A DNA stretch of 64,000 nucleotides from Opitutia bacterium (GTDB lineage: Bacteria > Verrucomicrobiota > Verrucomicrobiia > Opitutales > T3Sed10-336), in NCBI GenBank assembly GCA_050506795.1, contig JBJHCF010000007.1, positions 32,001 through 96,000 on the forward strand, read 5' to 3'. Below, piece after piece: positions 9,860-19,364 of the stretch. The notes beneath the pieces are model-generated. The model ran no database searches, was not told where the DNA came from, and saw nothing but the letters and a program-made list of their open reading frames with translations. Position 1 is the first letter of the stretch; each line of letters begins with the position of its first letter. The translations under genes were made by a program, and so were the position numbers.

Positions 9860-11992
9860 TTAATCAAAAACCCGAGAAGAACGCTGTGCCGGAATCAGAG
9901 GATCCTGATCATGGATCGGACGGACCCGCGTGTGCCGCTCGACCAGTTCGTTGATCCGGTCCCGCTGCGACATTGCATCAATACGTTGCCGCGCGTGAAT
10001 CCGGGTGTCGTCGATGGCGGGCATAACAGTGGGCCGGATAAAGAGCAGCAATTCCGTTTTCTGGGACGAAGCCCTGGTAGGGGAAAAAAGCCGGCCCACC
10101 AGAGGAATCGACCCGAGAAGCGCCATCCGGCGATGGGTTTCGATCAATTCCTCACTCTGCAATCCGCCCAACACCACAACATCCCCGTCAGCCACACTCA
10201 CAAACGAAGTCGCCTCCTTTCGACCGATTACCGGCTGCAGGTTCCCTCCAACCTCCACCTGATCGATGACATTGTCAACCAGCTGCTCGATTTCCAGTTG
10301 GATCACCCCGTCGATACCAATCAACGGTGTCACGGTGAGCTCGATACCGATATCACGGAAAGTGACCTGCGAGCGAAACCCGGTAACCCCGGTATCCTGC
10401 ACCGACGACGTCACGATGGGACGAGCCTCACCAACAATAATCCGTGCTTCCCGGTTATGGGTGGTGGTGATGCTGGGAACCGAAAGGATGTCGATCTCGG
10501 TTTTGCTCTGGGCGATGCCGATGATTCCATCGATGGTGTAATCCGAAAGCGTGCCGGCGAATCCGAAATCAAACCCGCGCCCGTCAATCCCGGGTGCGCC
10601 AAACCCGAACGAGCCGCTGCCACTGCTATTGTACTCGAAGCCGAAGGTGTCGATCCCCCGCACTCGCTCATTGCTGAGGCTGACTTCCGCGATCACCACC
10701 TCGATAAACACCTGCGCGAGCAGCACATCGATCTTGGACACCAAGGCTTCGATCAGGTTAAGATCGTTAATGGTGCCGGAAACAACCAGGGAATTGGTGC
10801 GTTCGTCGGGTAGAATAGTCAACAGGCTGCTGAACTCCGATCCCATTTCCTCCACCATGTCCTCGGCAATCGCCTGCACCTCCGGCGGAATGGTTTCCGG
10901 CTGGGGAGGCGCTTCCCCATTGGCTGGTGTTTCGGGAGTCGGCTGAGCGGCCGGCTGCTGGGCCGGCGCGCCGTTCATCGTCGGCCGCGCCTGCTGGGCG
11001 GTTTGGCTGAGCTGGGTGGAAACCAGTTGACTCAAAAGGCTGGCCACCTCCTCGGCATCGGCGTGCTTGAGTTGAATGACCTCATTGCGGGTGCGAGGCT
11101 CGGTCTGAATGTCGACCCGCTCAACAAACTCCGCGAAGAACGCCATATTGCGCGGATCGGTGATGACGATGAGCTGGTTGGTACGCTCCTCGGCGACGAT
11201 CAGGGTGCTGGAACTGACCTGTCGTTGGAGAGCCCCCTGGGTCAGGTTGGTCAACCGGGTGGCCACATCCTGTGCCTGAGCGTAGCGAATATTGAAAAAC
11301 CGTGTTTCCAAAGCCGTCGTAACCGGCCGGTCCACCGCGGCGAGGATGGTTTCGATCCGCTGCAGGTTGCTGACGGTTTCGGTCACCAGAAGAGAATTGG
11401 CCTTCTCAAACGGGATCATTGTCCCGATCTGAGGGGTGAGGATCGGTTGAATCCTCGCGGCGAATTCTTCGATCTGCAGGAACTCCAGCCGGAACAAACG
11501 GCTGACCACCCGGCCGCTGGGGCTGAGACTGAGAGCCGGATCCAGGATCAGTTCCGGCGCGTGCTGTTGGGTCTGCGCCGCCGGAATGACCTTGAGGAAA
11601 TATTCCCCCAGGGGCACGACCGTAATCCCGTTGATACTCAGGAGGCTTTCAATGGCCAGAATCGCTTCATCAATGGTGAACGGACGCTGGCTGTCGAAGG
11701 TTATCGCGGCGGCGGGGAGCTGTTGCGGCCGAATAATGGATCGACCCGTGAGTCGCTCCAGAAAGGTCAGCACCTGGTCCAGGCCGAGGTCGCGAAAAAC
11801 AATCTGATCGATCACCGGCGCAGGCTCGGTCGGGGAATCGAAGTCGTCATTGAACTCATCTTCGAACAAACCCGGGAAATCGTCGAAATCGTCGAATTCA
11901 TCAAAGTCGTCGAATTCATCCACATCCTGCGCCCAAACAAGCGCGGCAAAGGAAAACGATAAAAACGAGAGTAGGATTCTGCGAAAATACAT
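9860..11992 (-). CDS. gspD: Type II secretion outer-membrane secretin D
   Basis: Signal peptide, N domains (EERTNQL, DERTNSL), QVFIEVVIAEV, GIELTVTP, ELLLFIRP secretin motifs. Confidence 0.92.
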   Translation of the reverse strand: MYFRRILLSFLSFSFAALVWAQDVDEFDDFDEFDDFDDFPGLFEDEFNDDFDSPTEPAPVIDQIVFRDLGLDQVLTFLERLTGRSIIRPQQLPAAAITFDSQRPFTIDEAILAIESLLSINGITVVPLGEYFLKVIPAAQTQQHAPELILDPALSLSPSGRVVSRLFRLEFLQIEEFAARIQPILTPQIGTMIPFEKANSLLVTETVSNLQRIETILAAVDRPVTTALETRFFNIRYAQAQDVATRLTNLTQGALQRQVSSSTLIVAEERTNQLIVITDPRNMAFFAEFVERVDIQTEPRTRNEVIQLKHADAEEVASLLSQLVSTQLSQTAQQARPTMNGAPAQQPAAQPTPETPANGEAPPQPETIPPEVQAIAEDMVEEMGSEFSSLLTILPDERTNSLVVSGTINDLNLIEALVSKIDVLLAQVFIEVVIAEVSLSNERVRGIDTFGFEYNSSGSGSFGFGAPGIDGRGFDFGFAGTLSDYTIDGIIGIAQSKTEIDILSVPSITTTHNREARIIVGEARPIVTSSVQDTGVTGFRSQVTFRDIGIELTVTPLIGIDGVIQLEIEQLVDNVIDQVEVGGNLQPVIGRKEATSFVSVADGDVVVLGGLQSEELIETHRRMALLGSIPLVGRLFSPTRASSQKTELLLFIRPTVMPAIDDTRIHARQRIDAMSQRDRINELVERHTRVRPIHDQDPLIPAQRSSRVFD

Positions 11993-12079
11993 AACAAACT
12001 TTACTTGGTTGAGAACGGTGACTCTTGGAAATTAACAGGGTGGAGCAAAATCAGAGGCCTTAGTCCAAAAGTGCGGAGT

Positions 12080-12601
12080 TCAATTGGCCAATTCGACCGA
12101 AGAAATGGAGAACTCGGCAACCAGTTGGTGCGGGTTATTCTGATCGGCTCTCAGAACCAGCGAATCCAGACCCATATAGGGGGCACGGGCCTGAATATCG
12201 TCGGCTAATGCCATAAGGGCGCCAATATTGGCCTGGCGAATGGTCATATTGACGGAATGGAAGGTAAAAACCGCTCCCTGGCTGCTTCGCGGGGGATTGA
12301 TCTCCCGGCTCAACTGGCGACGCTGGGCCATGGAGTCGAGCTCACTCACCAACCGGGTACCACTGAGAATGCGTTGCGGCTCGAGGTTTTCCACCCCGGC
12401 CAACATGCGCGCCTGGATTTCCTCCTCGCTGTCGAGGATAATATCCTGTTCCTCCAACAGAAGGCCAAAAGAGGAGTATTCATTGGATATCACCCCTCCC
12501 CGATCGGCCAGGCTGTTCGCCCAAACCACCACAATCGCCAGGAGGAATAGCACCAGCATGGCCTTTTCCCGGAAACTTCTGCTCAGGAAAAGCGATTTCA
12601 T
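12080..12601 (-). CDS. Putative GspM-like protein
   Basis: SFREK + TM, coiled coil, ferredoxin-like C-terminus; start overlaps the upstream gene stop. Confidence 0.6.
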   Translation of the reverse strand: MKSLFLSRSFREKAMLVLFLLAIVVVWANSLADRGGVISNEYSSFGLLLEEQDIILDSEEEIQARMLAGVENLEPQRILSGTRLVSELDSMAQRRQLSREINPPRSSQGAVFTFHSVNMTIRQANIGALMALADDIQARAPYMGLDSLVLRADQNNPHQLVAEFSISSVELAN

Positions 12602-13863
12602 CGTCCCCCCTCCCTTACGTTGTCACCGGTCGTCGCGGCCACAGGCCCCCCGCGCCGACCGGACGGTGAGGTCTGCGCCACGGGCGCCGCCGCCATGAGC
12701 GCATTTCGATTGAAGGTGGTCTCAAGCAGGAAGGTGGTTTGCCCGTCCCGGACCTGCTGGTTGCGGATGACCACGCTTTCGAAATTGCCGGAATTCAAAA
12801 GAGCGTTCTCGTATTCGTTCACGTCGCGAGTGTTCGAGGTGACCACGTTGGCGATCAGACCGTTCCAGCCCTCGGTTCTTGTCGCCAGGAAATGCATGGA
12901 CGACGGACGGTGCTCGTTGAGGATCGCCAGCATTTCGAAAGGCAGCAACCGGTTCTCGCCGAGCTCCTCCATCCGTTGGGCCAGTTCCAATTGTTCCTGG
13001 ATGCGCGCCACTTGTTCGGTTCGCGCTTCGACCAACTCTTCACGACTCGCCAGCAGGGAACCGGCGGCGTAAAGGAAGCCTTCGCCGACGCCCAGCAGCA
13101 GGATCAATGCAGCGATACCCACCACCGAACGCCAAAGCCAGGCATCGCGGGTGGCGGCTTTTCGCTTCTCCGCCAAAAAGGCTTTCTCCCGGACATCGAG
13201 CGCCGAAACCACCGTCCGATCCAGTGAGGACTTCTCCGTCGACGAGGCGCTCGCCGGCCTGCCGTCGGCTTCGATCGCGACCACTGGAAAGTGAACCGAT
13301 CCCCCGTGCCGGGTGACTTCACCTTCGCGGCGGAAAAACCGCACCGGAGGGCGCCGCCCCCCCAATTCAAACCCGGCGATCAACTCGTCGATCATCCGCC
13401 GTTCGTCTTCGGGAGCCGTTTCCGGATCAAACCCGCGGGAAGCGATTTTTGCCGGAACCGGGTTCTGACCATCGAAATAAACGAGGGTGACCGACCCCTC
13501 CTGGCGAAGAACGCAGATCGCTGCCTGAGTGGGCGCCAGGCCGAAAACGCTGACAAAATCGGGCACCACCAGATCGGCGTCCTCCCAAAGATCCTTCTCC
13601 CCCGGAGTGAATCGTTTATGATAGGCCGCGTAAACCAGCACCCGATTGGAGCCGTCCAAATGGTAAGCCCCATAAAAAAGCTGATGCAGTGGGAAAGGCG
13701 CCTGTTCCTCCAGGGAGATCTCGATAAACGAATTCAGCTCGGAGCGCTCCATTCCCTCTGGAAGCTCCAGCGCCTTCACAAAAAAGAGGTGGCCGGGTAA
13801 AAAAACCACCGATGGTTTTTTGTCCAAGGTATCCACCGAAAGGACTTTTTCCAAGAACTCCAT
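12598..13863 (-). CDS. Putative GspL/PilN-like protein
   Basis: Actin-like cytoplasmic part (LEEQAPFP), single TM, coiled coil, periplasmic domain; operon position. Confidence 0.6.
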   Translation of the reverse strand: MEFLEKVLSVDTLDKKPSVVFLPGHLFFVKALELPEGMERSELNSFIEISLEEQAPFPLHQLFYGAYHLDGSNRVLVYAAYHKRFTPGEKDLWEDADLVVPDFVSVFGLAPTQAAICVLRQEGSVTLVYFDGQNPVPAKIASRGFDPETAPEDERRMIDELIAGFELGGRRPPVRFFRREGEVTRHGGSVHFPVVAIEADGRPASASSTEKSSLDRTVVSALDVREKAFLAEKRKAATRDAWLWRSVVGIAALILLLGVGEGFLYAAGSLLASREELVEARTEQVARIQEQLELAQRMEELGENRLLPFEMLAILNEHRPSSMHFLATRTEGWNGLIANVVTSNTRDVNEYENALLNSGNFESVVIRNQQVRDGQTTFLLETTFNRNALMAAAPVAQTSPSGRRGGPVAATTGDNVREGGR

Positions 13864-13868
13864 GTCAA

Positions 13869-15029
13869 TTAGTGCACTATAGAAGCATTCTCCCGAAGTT
13901 CCACGATTGTAAACGGAAAACTTTGGAGCACGTGATCGCTAAAAGAGGTTGATTCCGCGGCGCCCTGAGCCGTCCGGCCTCCCGTCGCCCCGTTGGCCGT
14001 CCCACTCGGGGTTTCGACCGCCGGCAAAGCGGCTGGTTGATTCAGGTCCAGAACGGCGCTCAACCGATGTTGCAACCCGCCATAGGACACCTGAACGTTT
14101 ACCCGCAGGTAGCGGATGGCCGTCCCGAACTGCCCGCCCGGAAGGTCCAGGCCCAACTCGGCATTGGCCTCGGCGAGGTTTTCAAAATAGGTACGCTGCG
14201 GCCTCAAGGCTTCGTCCCGAAACGCGTCGGCCGAACGCAACTGATCCGCATCACTGTAGTTCCCCCAAACGCGCAGGACGGTTTCCGAGGCGCTATTGAC
14301 GTTCACTTGTGCGAAGTTGCGCAGAGATACCACCTCGGCGAGACGGTAGAACCGGTCGTTGGGTACACCGCCGGAATCGAAGAGGTAATCCCTGAATCCC
14401 TCGATCGCGGCCAACTCATGCAGGCTTCTAAGCGGCTGATAACTGGCGCGATAAGGCAAATCACCCCGATCGTATCCGGAAAATCCGCTGACCACGCGGC
14501 CCTGATCGTAACTCTCATCCACCCAGGCAAGCAGCGCGTCGGCCAAGTCCTCCAACTCGGTGGGTTCGAAGTCGAGATGCTCAAACAGCAGGATCAGGCG
14601 TTCACGATCCATACCGGCGAGTGGCAGCTTCCCGTGCTCGTCGCGAAAGGTGATAGTGACATTCATGCCCTCGGGCATAGTGACTCCGGCATATTCCAAG
14701 GGATCAGACCACCCCTGACGAGGATCGTACAGGTTTCCGTCGATTTCGTAAACGTCATGGAGGACCGCCATGACCGTCTCCAGAACGGCCACGGCATCAG
14801 GACGCAACCGGTCGCGTTCAGCATGCACGGCTTCGGTCCGGATCTCATAAATCGCTTTTTCGATGAAGAGGAACAGAGCCACCGCGGCGAGAAAAATCAT
14901 GATCAGGGTAAAGACCAGGACCGCGCCGGCCTTCGAGTGGACGCCTCCGGATCCGGGCAAACCCCGGCCCGGGCCTAGTAGTCGGCCTGCACCCTCACTT
15001 TTCCTGAAATTGTACACGGTCGGATTCAT
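13869..15029 (-). CDS. gspK: Minor pseudopilin K (GspK family)
   Basis: GAVLVFTL hydrophobic N-terminus, DEHGKLPL, LLAWVD, ELAAIEGF, VNVNSAS. Confidence 0.8.
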   Translation of the reverse strand: MNPTVYNFRKSEGAGRLLGPGRGLPGSGGVHSKAGAVLVFTLIMIFLAAVALFLFIEKAIYEIRTEAVHAERDRLRPDAVAVLETVMAVLHDVYEIDGNLYDPRQGWSDPLEYAGVTMPEGMNVTITFRDEHGKLPLAGMDRERLILLFEHLDFEPTELEDLADALLAWVDESYDQGRVVSGFSGYDRGDLPYRASYQPLRSLHELAAIEGFRDYLFDSGGVPNDRFYRLAEVVSLRNFAQVNVNSASETVLRVWGNYSDADQLRSADAFRDEALRPQRTYFENLAEANAELGLDLPGGQFGTAIRYLRVNVQVSYGGLQHRLSAVLDLNQPAALPAVETPSGTANGATGGRTAQGAAESTSFSDHVLQSFPFTIVELRENASIVH

Positions 15030-15766
15030 CGCTGTATGGCGGCGGAGAACACACCGCGGAACTGGGCGGACAGGGTAATGATTCGCTCGGTTTCCATTCT
15101 GTCCGTTGCAAACCGGATGCGGATTCGGTCGGGCAGCAGATCCTCACCGTCCTCGTCACGGTCGAAATCCCGCCGCTCGCTCCAGGTCTCGGTCTCCCAA
15201 TCGTAGTATTCGTAAACCACTTCCCTGGCAAAGGGGGACAGGAGGGTGCTGCGCGGTTCGTCCTCCTCGAAATTCTCTTCCAGCCGTGAGTGCCAGAGCA
15301 ACGACAGGCCATTCTGCGGGGAAAACTCGAGGTAACAGACCACAAACGGCAACGGCGACTCGGGCCACAAGAGAATTCCCGGACTCTCCAGCAGTTCGAA
15401 GGCGATGTAGGACTCCCCGAAACCCCGATCCGCCGGAATCGTCGCCAGATACACCGGAGAAAGGATTCCGCCGTTTTCCGCCTCCTCGGTTTGGGCGCGC
15501 ATTTCCACCGTCGCCATTTGCATGTTGCTTTGCAGAAAGCGGGTGACTCCGTTGACGTGCCGTTCAAACAAACGGTCGTCGCCACCCCTCCCCCACAGTT
15601 CCCCCATGGAGAAAACAAACATATTGACCGCCACCAGGACCACCGCGGCCAGCGACAGAGCGAGGAGCGTTTCGATCAGCGTAAAACCGGACCTCGGCCG
15701 TCTTGATCCAAGGACCTTCCGGGACGGCGGGGCAAGGCCTATGGCCGATATTCCGTTCCTAGACAT
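15026..15766 (-). CDS. Minor pseudopilin, GspJ-like
   Basis: Prepilin cleavage/methylation motif G|FTLIETL; start (MSRNG) overlaps the end of the upstream gene. Confidence 0.75.
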   Translation of the reverse strand: MSRNGISAIGLAPPSRKVLGSRRPRSGFTLIETLLALSLAAVVLVAVNMFVFSMGELWGRGGDDRLFERHVNGVTRFLQSNMQMATVEMRAQTEEAENGGILSPVYLATIPADRGFGESYIAFELLESPGILLWPESPLPFVVCYLEFSPQNGLSLLWHSRLEENFEEDEPRSTLLSPFAREVVYEYYDWETETWSERRDFDRDEDGEDLLPDRIRIRFATDRMETERIITLSAQFRGVFSAAIQR

Positions 15767-16253
15767 TCCCTTGCCTCTCAGTGCGGCTATCCTCAAGCCG
15801 TTCCCTGGTCTCCTGGCGCAAGCGGTCACGTTCCGCCGCCTCTTCCCAGCCGGGACGATAGATCAGCGCCCGTTTGGTCAATTCGCCACGTCGTCCACCG
15901 ACTTCGCGTTCCGGGAGAGTCACAGTGATCTCCGCATCGAAGAGATCAGCCACTCCGGTCCGCTCGAGCCGGGCGATCCAGGAAAAACGTCCGGCGTGCA
16001 GAGTATCCACGGTTCCGCCGGCCTCAAAATCCTCACGCACCTGGTGGGCCATTATCCGGGCGAAAACAAATGCCAGCTCCTCGTCCCGCACCTGATCCTT
16101 ACGGATGGCGTCGTACCCGTTAAGCACGTTGATATAAGCCGCCCCAAGCACCACCACCGCCATGCCGAAAATCGCCAAAGCGACCATCACCTCCACCAAA
16201 GTGAAGGCGGTTGCCGGACGATCGTTAGCGAGTTGGTGGTTTCGAGCGTGCAT
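15759..16253 (-). CDS. Minor pseudopilin, GspI-like
   Basis: A|FTLVEVMVALAI motif; start placed at MHARN. Confidence 0.75.
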   Translation of the reverse strand: MHARNHQLANDRPATAFTLVEVMVALAIFGMAVVVLGAAYINVLNGYDAIRKDQVRDEELAFVFARIMAHQVREDFEAGGTVDTLHAGRFSWIARLERTGVADLFDAEITVTLPEREVGGRRGELTKRALIYRPGWEEAAERDRLRQETRERLEDSRTERQGNV

Positions 16254-16372
16254 GGACGAAAAACGAAGCAAACTTTAGGTCCTTATTAGCGAGCCTGAAG
16301 TTCCGTACGATAAAACACCGCCACCGTCCGGGAGTTGCAGGGGTTCTTGAACCCGAGCGATAAATGAGCCGA

Positions 16373-18025
16373 TCAGGTCTCTCCCAGAACCGACTCCAGG
16401 GAATGCAACACCTCCTCACGATCCGCCTCAAAAAGAAACAGGTCACTTCCAATATAAGCGTAAGCCCGGCGCAAGACACCCGCCGAGGGTTGTCGCATAG
16501 TGATGTAGCGCTGCACGTTGGCCAGCATTTCACCACGGGTACCGGTATCGATGTCGAGCTCGATCAATTGGGAAAGCGCCGGTTGGAAATGCGGGAAATT
16601 GTTACTCACATGCCGGAGAACGCGTCGCGCCTGACTGTCTTCACCCATCTCCACCAGGCGGACAGCCATCACCGTCAGATGGTCGGGGCGCACAAAACCG
16701 GAACCGAAAAGCTCGCTGATTAACAACTGCCCCTCCCCACGGTTCCCGGCGCCGAATTGGGCCACCGTTAACTGCGTCTGAAGCGGCACCGCGTAACCCC
16801 GCTCCCAACGGGAAGGGGTTTCATCCCAATTCTCCACCACTTCAAGGGCCCTCCGGTAGCGACCCGCCACCACCAGCGATTCGACCCAATGGTAGGCCGG
16901 TCCCTCAAGATTCATACCCCTTTCCCGGCAATGCCGATAAATCCGCTCCGCGAGGTCATAATACCCCCAGTACCCGGCCACCGCGGCCAGATGATGCATG
17001 GCGGCCTCCTCACGACCGAACTGGGAGAAAAAGGTTTCCGTATCCTCGCGAAACGCCTCCGCGTCACCCAGTTGGTGATGAATCTGGAGCAATCCGATTA
17101 GGGGTTCGTGACTCAAAGGATCGTTTAAGTGACGGAGCAGCGCTGTACGCGAGGCCCGGTCTTCGTATCCCGCCTCCAACAAGAACTCCACCAGAACGAG
17201 AAAGACATCATGATCGACCGTACCCTGATCGACCATCGCCTGAAGACGACTCAGCGCCGCGCTCTCCTCACCTCGGTCCCAATCGATGCGGGTTTGCAGC
17301 AGAAACCCATCCTTTGCGGTCGTCAGATCATACTCCTGAATGAAGGACTCCGCACGGTCCGAATCGCCCCGATGAAAGTAGGCGGTCGCCACTGCGGTGG
17401 CGATCATGTGATCACGACGGTCGGAACCTTCGTATGCCGCTTCCAGCAACCGCTCTCCCAGTTCGATCACCCGATCATCCTGGAAATCGTTAAACAGCAT
17501 CATAAAGTAGGTCTGCAGGTATTCGATATCGTCGGTGTAGTCTTCGTATCGACTTTCCAGCACCCGGATGCCGCTGGACCGCTGTCCGATCTGTTCGTAG
17601 AATCGAGCCAGGGCCAGACGCCCATCCCGGTTCTCAGGGGAAAGGCTCACCCCACTGCGCAGCAGCAGGAAAGGATGCCCATCCTCTTCCTGGCCATCCA
17701 GGAGACGTTGCGCCCGCTCGATATAATAATCCCCGCGCGACACCCGGTAATTGTCCCAACGATGCGGGAAGTACAAATCAAAATATTTGATCTCGGCAAA
17801 ATCCCGCTCGTATTTGATAAAATAATACGCTCCCGCCACCAGTACGCTGTACCCCACAACAAGCATCGCCGCCAGCAGCAGCCCAATGCGCTTCCAGAGT
17901 AAGCGAAAAAAGACGACCCCATTCCGGTGCTTGAGCTTTTGCGCCAAGCCGAAACGAATGAGCATCTTTTTGATATAACGAACGGCAGACGGCTCGCGCA
18001 CCGTGGGTGAAGGTCTGACTGGCAT
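16373..18025 (-). CDS. Membrane-anchored TPR-like helical-repeat protein (paralog of 41747-43369)
   Basis: Basic N-terminus, one TM helix, TPR-like helices; shared motifs with the 41747-43369 protein. Confidence 0.8.
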   Translation of the reverse strand: MPVRPSPTVREPSAVRYIKKMLIRFGLAQKLKHRNGVVFFRLLWKRIGLLLAAMLVVGYSVLVAGAYYFIKYERDFAEIKYFDLYFPHRWDNYRVSRGDYYIERAQRLLDGQEEDGHPFLLLRSGVSLSPENRDGRLALARFYEQIGQRSSGIRVLESRYEDYTDDIEYLQTYFMMLFNDFQDDRVIELGERLLEAAYEGSDRRDHMIATAVATAYFHRGDSDRAESFIQEYDLTTAKDGFLLQTRIDWDRGEESAALSRLQAMVDQGTVDHDVFLVLVEFLLEAGYEDRASRTALLRHLNDPLSHEPLIGLLQIHHQLGDAEAFREDTETFFSQFGREEAAMHHLAAVAGYWGYYDLAERIYRHCRERGMNLEGPAYHWVESLVVAGRYRRALEVVENWDETPSRWERGYAVPLQTQLTVAQFGAGNRGEGQLLISELFGSGFVRPDHLTVMAVRLVEMGEDSQARRVLRHVSNNFPHFQPALSQLIELDIDTGTRGEMLANVQRYITMRQPSAGVLRRAYAYIGSDLFLFEADREEVLHSLESVLGET

Positions 18026-18276
18026 ACCAAAGTTTAGCTAGGTGAGTGTGTTAACCGACACTCTACCGTTCCTGAGTCGCTCTTCAACTCAATTCTGGAA
18101 AACGTTGCTGCCGGAATTTCCGTGGCGATGAATTTCATTCCGAATGGTTCACGCGATTTTTTGGAACCTGCCTCTTTCCTCTGTTCCGCCTTTGGTTTCC
18201 ACGTGCAAAGCTCCCCGCCGTTGTGCCCACCCAGGGGTCCTGGGAATCCGCAGGATTATCGACTCACGCCTAACCC

Positions 18277-18513
18277 GAATGGCACTGGGTTAAGCTCATT
18301 GACCGAAGGAGCGTTGTCCAACTGTGGTAAGTTAACCAAAAATAACGCCCGGTTTTGAGCGTTGCTGAACGGTGAAGGTTCTCACACGGAGCCACGGAGC
18401 TCACGGAGGTGGTCCTGTAAAAAACTCCGTGTCTTTGTGCCTCCGTGTGAGCCCAATTTCCGCTGTATTCTTTGTTTCATAAAACGATGCACCGCCTTAA
18501 CCGAGAGCCATTT
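18277..18513. mobile_element. MITE-like non-autonomous element with internal palindrome
   Basis: Imperfect 17-bp inverted ends aatggcactgggttaag (18278-18294) / cttaaccgagagccatt (18496-18512); flanking 10-bp direct repeat cgcctaaccc (18267-18276, 18514-18523); partial second copy at about 57625-57796. Confidence 0.6.
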
Positions 18514-18558
18514 CGCCTAACCCATCTCCGATTGCCGAGAGCAAAATCCCAAAACATG

Positions 18559-18593
18559 AAGAACCCCTCTCCGTCAAGCAGAGAGGGGTTCTT
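18559..18593 (-). terminator. Intrinsic terminator after the PEP-CTERM gene
   Basis: 13-bp stem aagaacccctctc/gagaggggttctt, 28 nt downstream of the stop. Confidence 0.7.
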
Positions 18594-18620
18594 TCAGGAA
18601 AAAGCTAGCTTACAATCAGC

Positions 18621-19298
18621 TTACTTCTTAAAGCGCCGACGCAGGAACACGAACAACAGCACTCCAAAGCCGAAGATCGCGGCATAAGTGGAGGGCTCAG
18701 GAACGACGGTGTACTCAGCCGTTTTGATCGTAGCATTGTCGATAAACGGACTGTAGTTGATCACATCTCCAGGGTTCGGCATGGTGAGATTAGGATTGGT
18801 GTAGAAACCATAAGAGTCCCCAGCTGAGGGTGTATCACCCATGGACAAACCGGGGAACCATATGACTCCGAACTGCGCGTTTGATGCCACCAATCCGGTG
18901 CCTGACTGGTGACGAACTTCACTTGCAGTACCCAAGGCGCCCGAACCAGCATTGGGACCAAACCCAATACTGATGCTTTGGTGCGTCCAAACCAAGGCTA
19001 AATTCGAATCACCAAATGATTCACTCGAAAGGAACGCATCCGGGCGGGAACTCACGTTCATTGCAGTGCTAAACGGTGTCAAACCCAGATTCACTCCCCC
19101 GGATGATCCGGCAAAAGCTTCACCAGTAACGTCAAAGATCACACCCCAAGGCGTACCATTCTCAATCAGATTTCCCCCGCTATCTGCAAAATTAGGGGTG
19201 TTAATTTGCAGCGAGACCGTTTGCCCCACCAAGGCTGAAGAGGCCAGACACGCGAGAGACGCGATTCCAAACAGTTTAACTTTCTTAATGTTAGTCAT
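18621..19298 (-). CDS. PEP-CTERM surface protein
   Basis: Signal peptide; Ser/Gly/Thr-rich body; C-terminal VPEPSTYAAIFGFGVLLFVFLRRRFKK. Confidence 0.9.
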   Translation of the reverse strand: MTNIKKVKLFGIASLACLASSALVGQTVSLQINTPNFADSGGNLIENGTPWGVIFDVTGEAFAGSSGGVNLGLTPFSTAMNVSSRPDAFLSSESFGDSNLALVWTHQSISIGFGPNAGSGALGTASEVRHQSGTGLVASNAQFGVIWFPGLSMGDTPSAGDSYGFYTNPNLTMPNPGDVINYSPFIDNATIKTAEYTVVPEPSTYAAIFGFGVLLFVFLRRRFKK

Positions 19299-19364
19299 TT
19301 ATTTTTCCTTATTATATTAGACTTTTCGTTGATCGATTCGTTAGAGAGCAAATTACGTTGGGCC

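Noticed and set aside
18219..18260. Small hairpins (cccagg/cctggg, aatcc/ggatt) as an ncRNA
   Set aside because: Short stems expected by chance; no promoter/terminator pairing or family match.
18381..18451. cacggag repeats as a possible CRISPR array
   Set aside because: Units are 7-9 nt arranged as a palindrome without unique spacers; no cas genes in the window.
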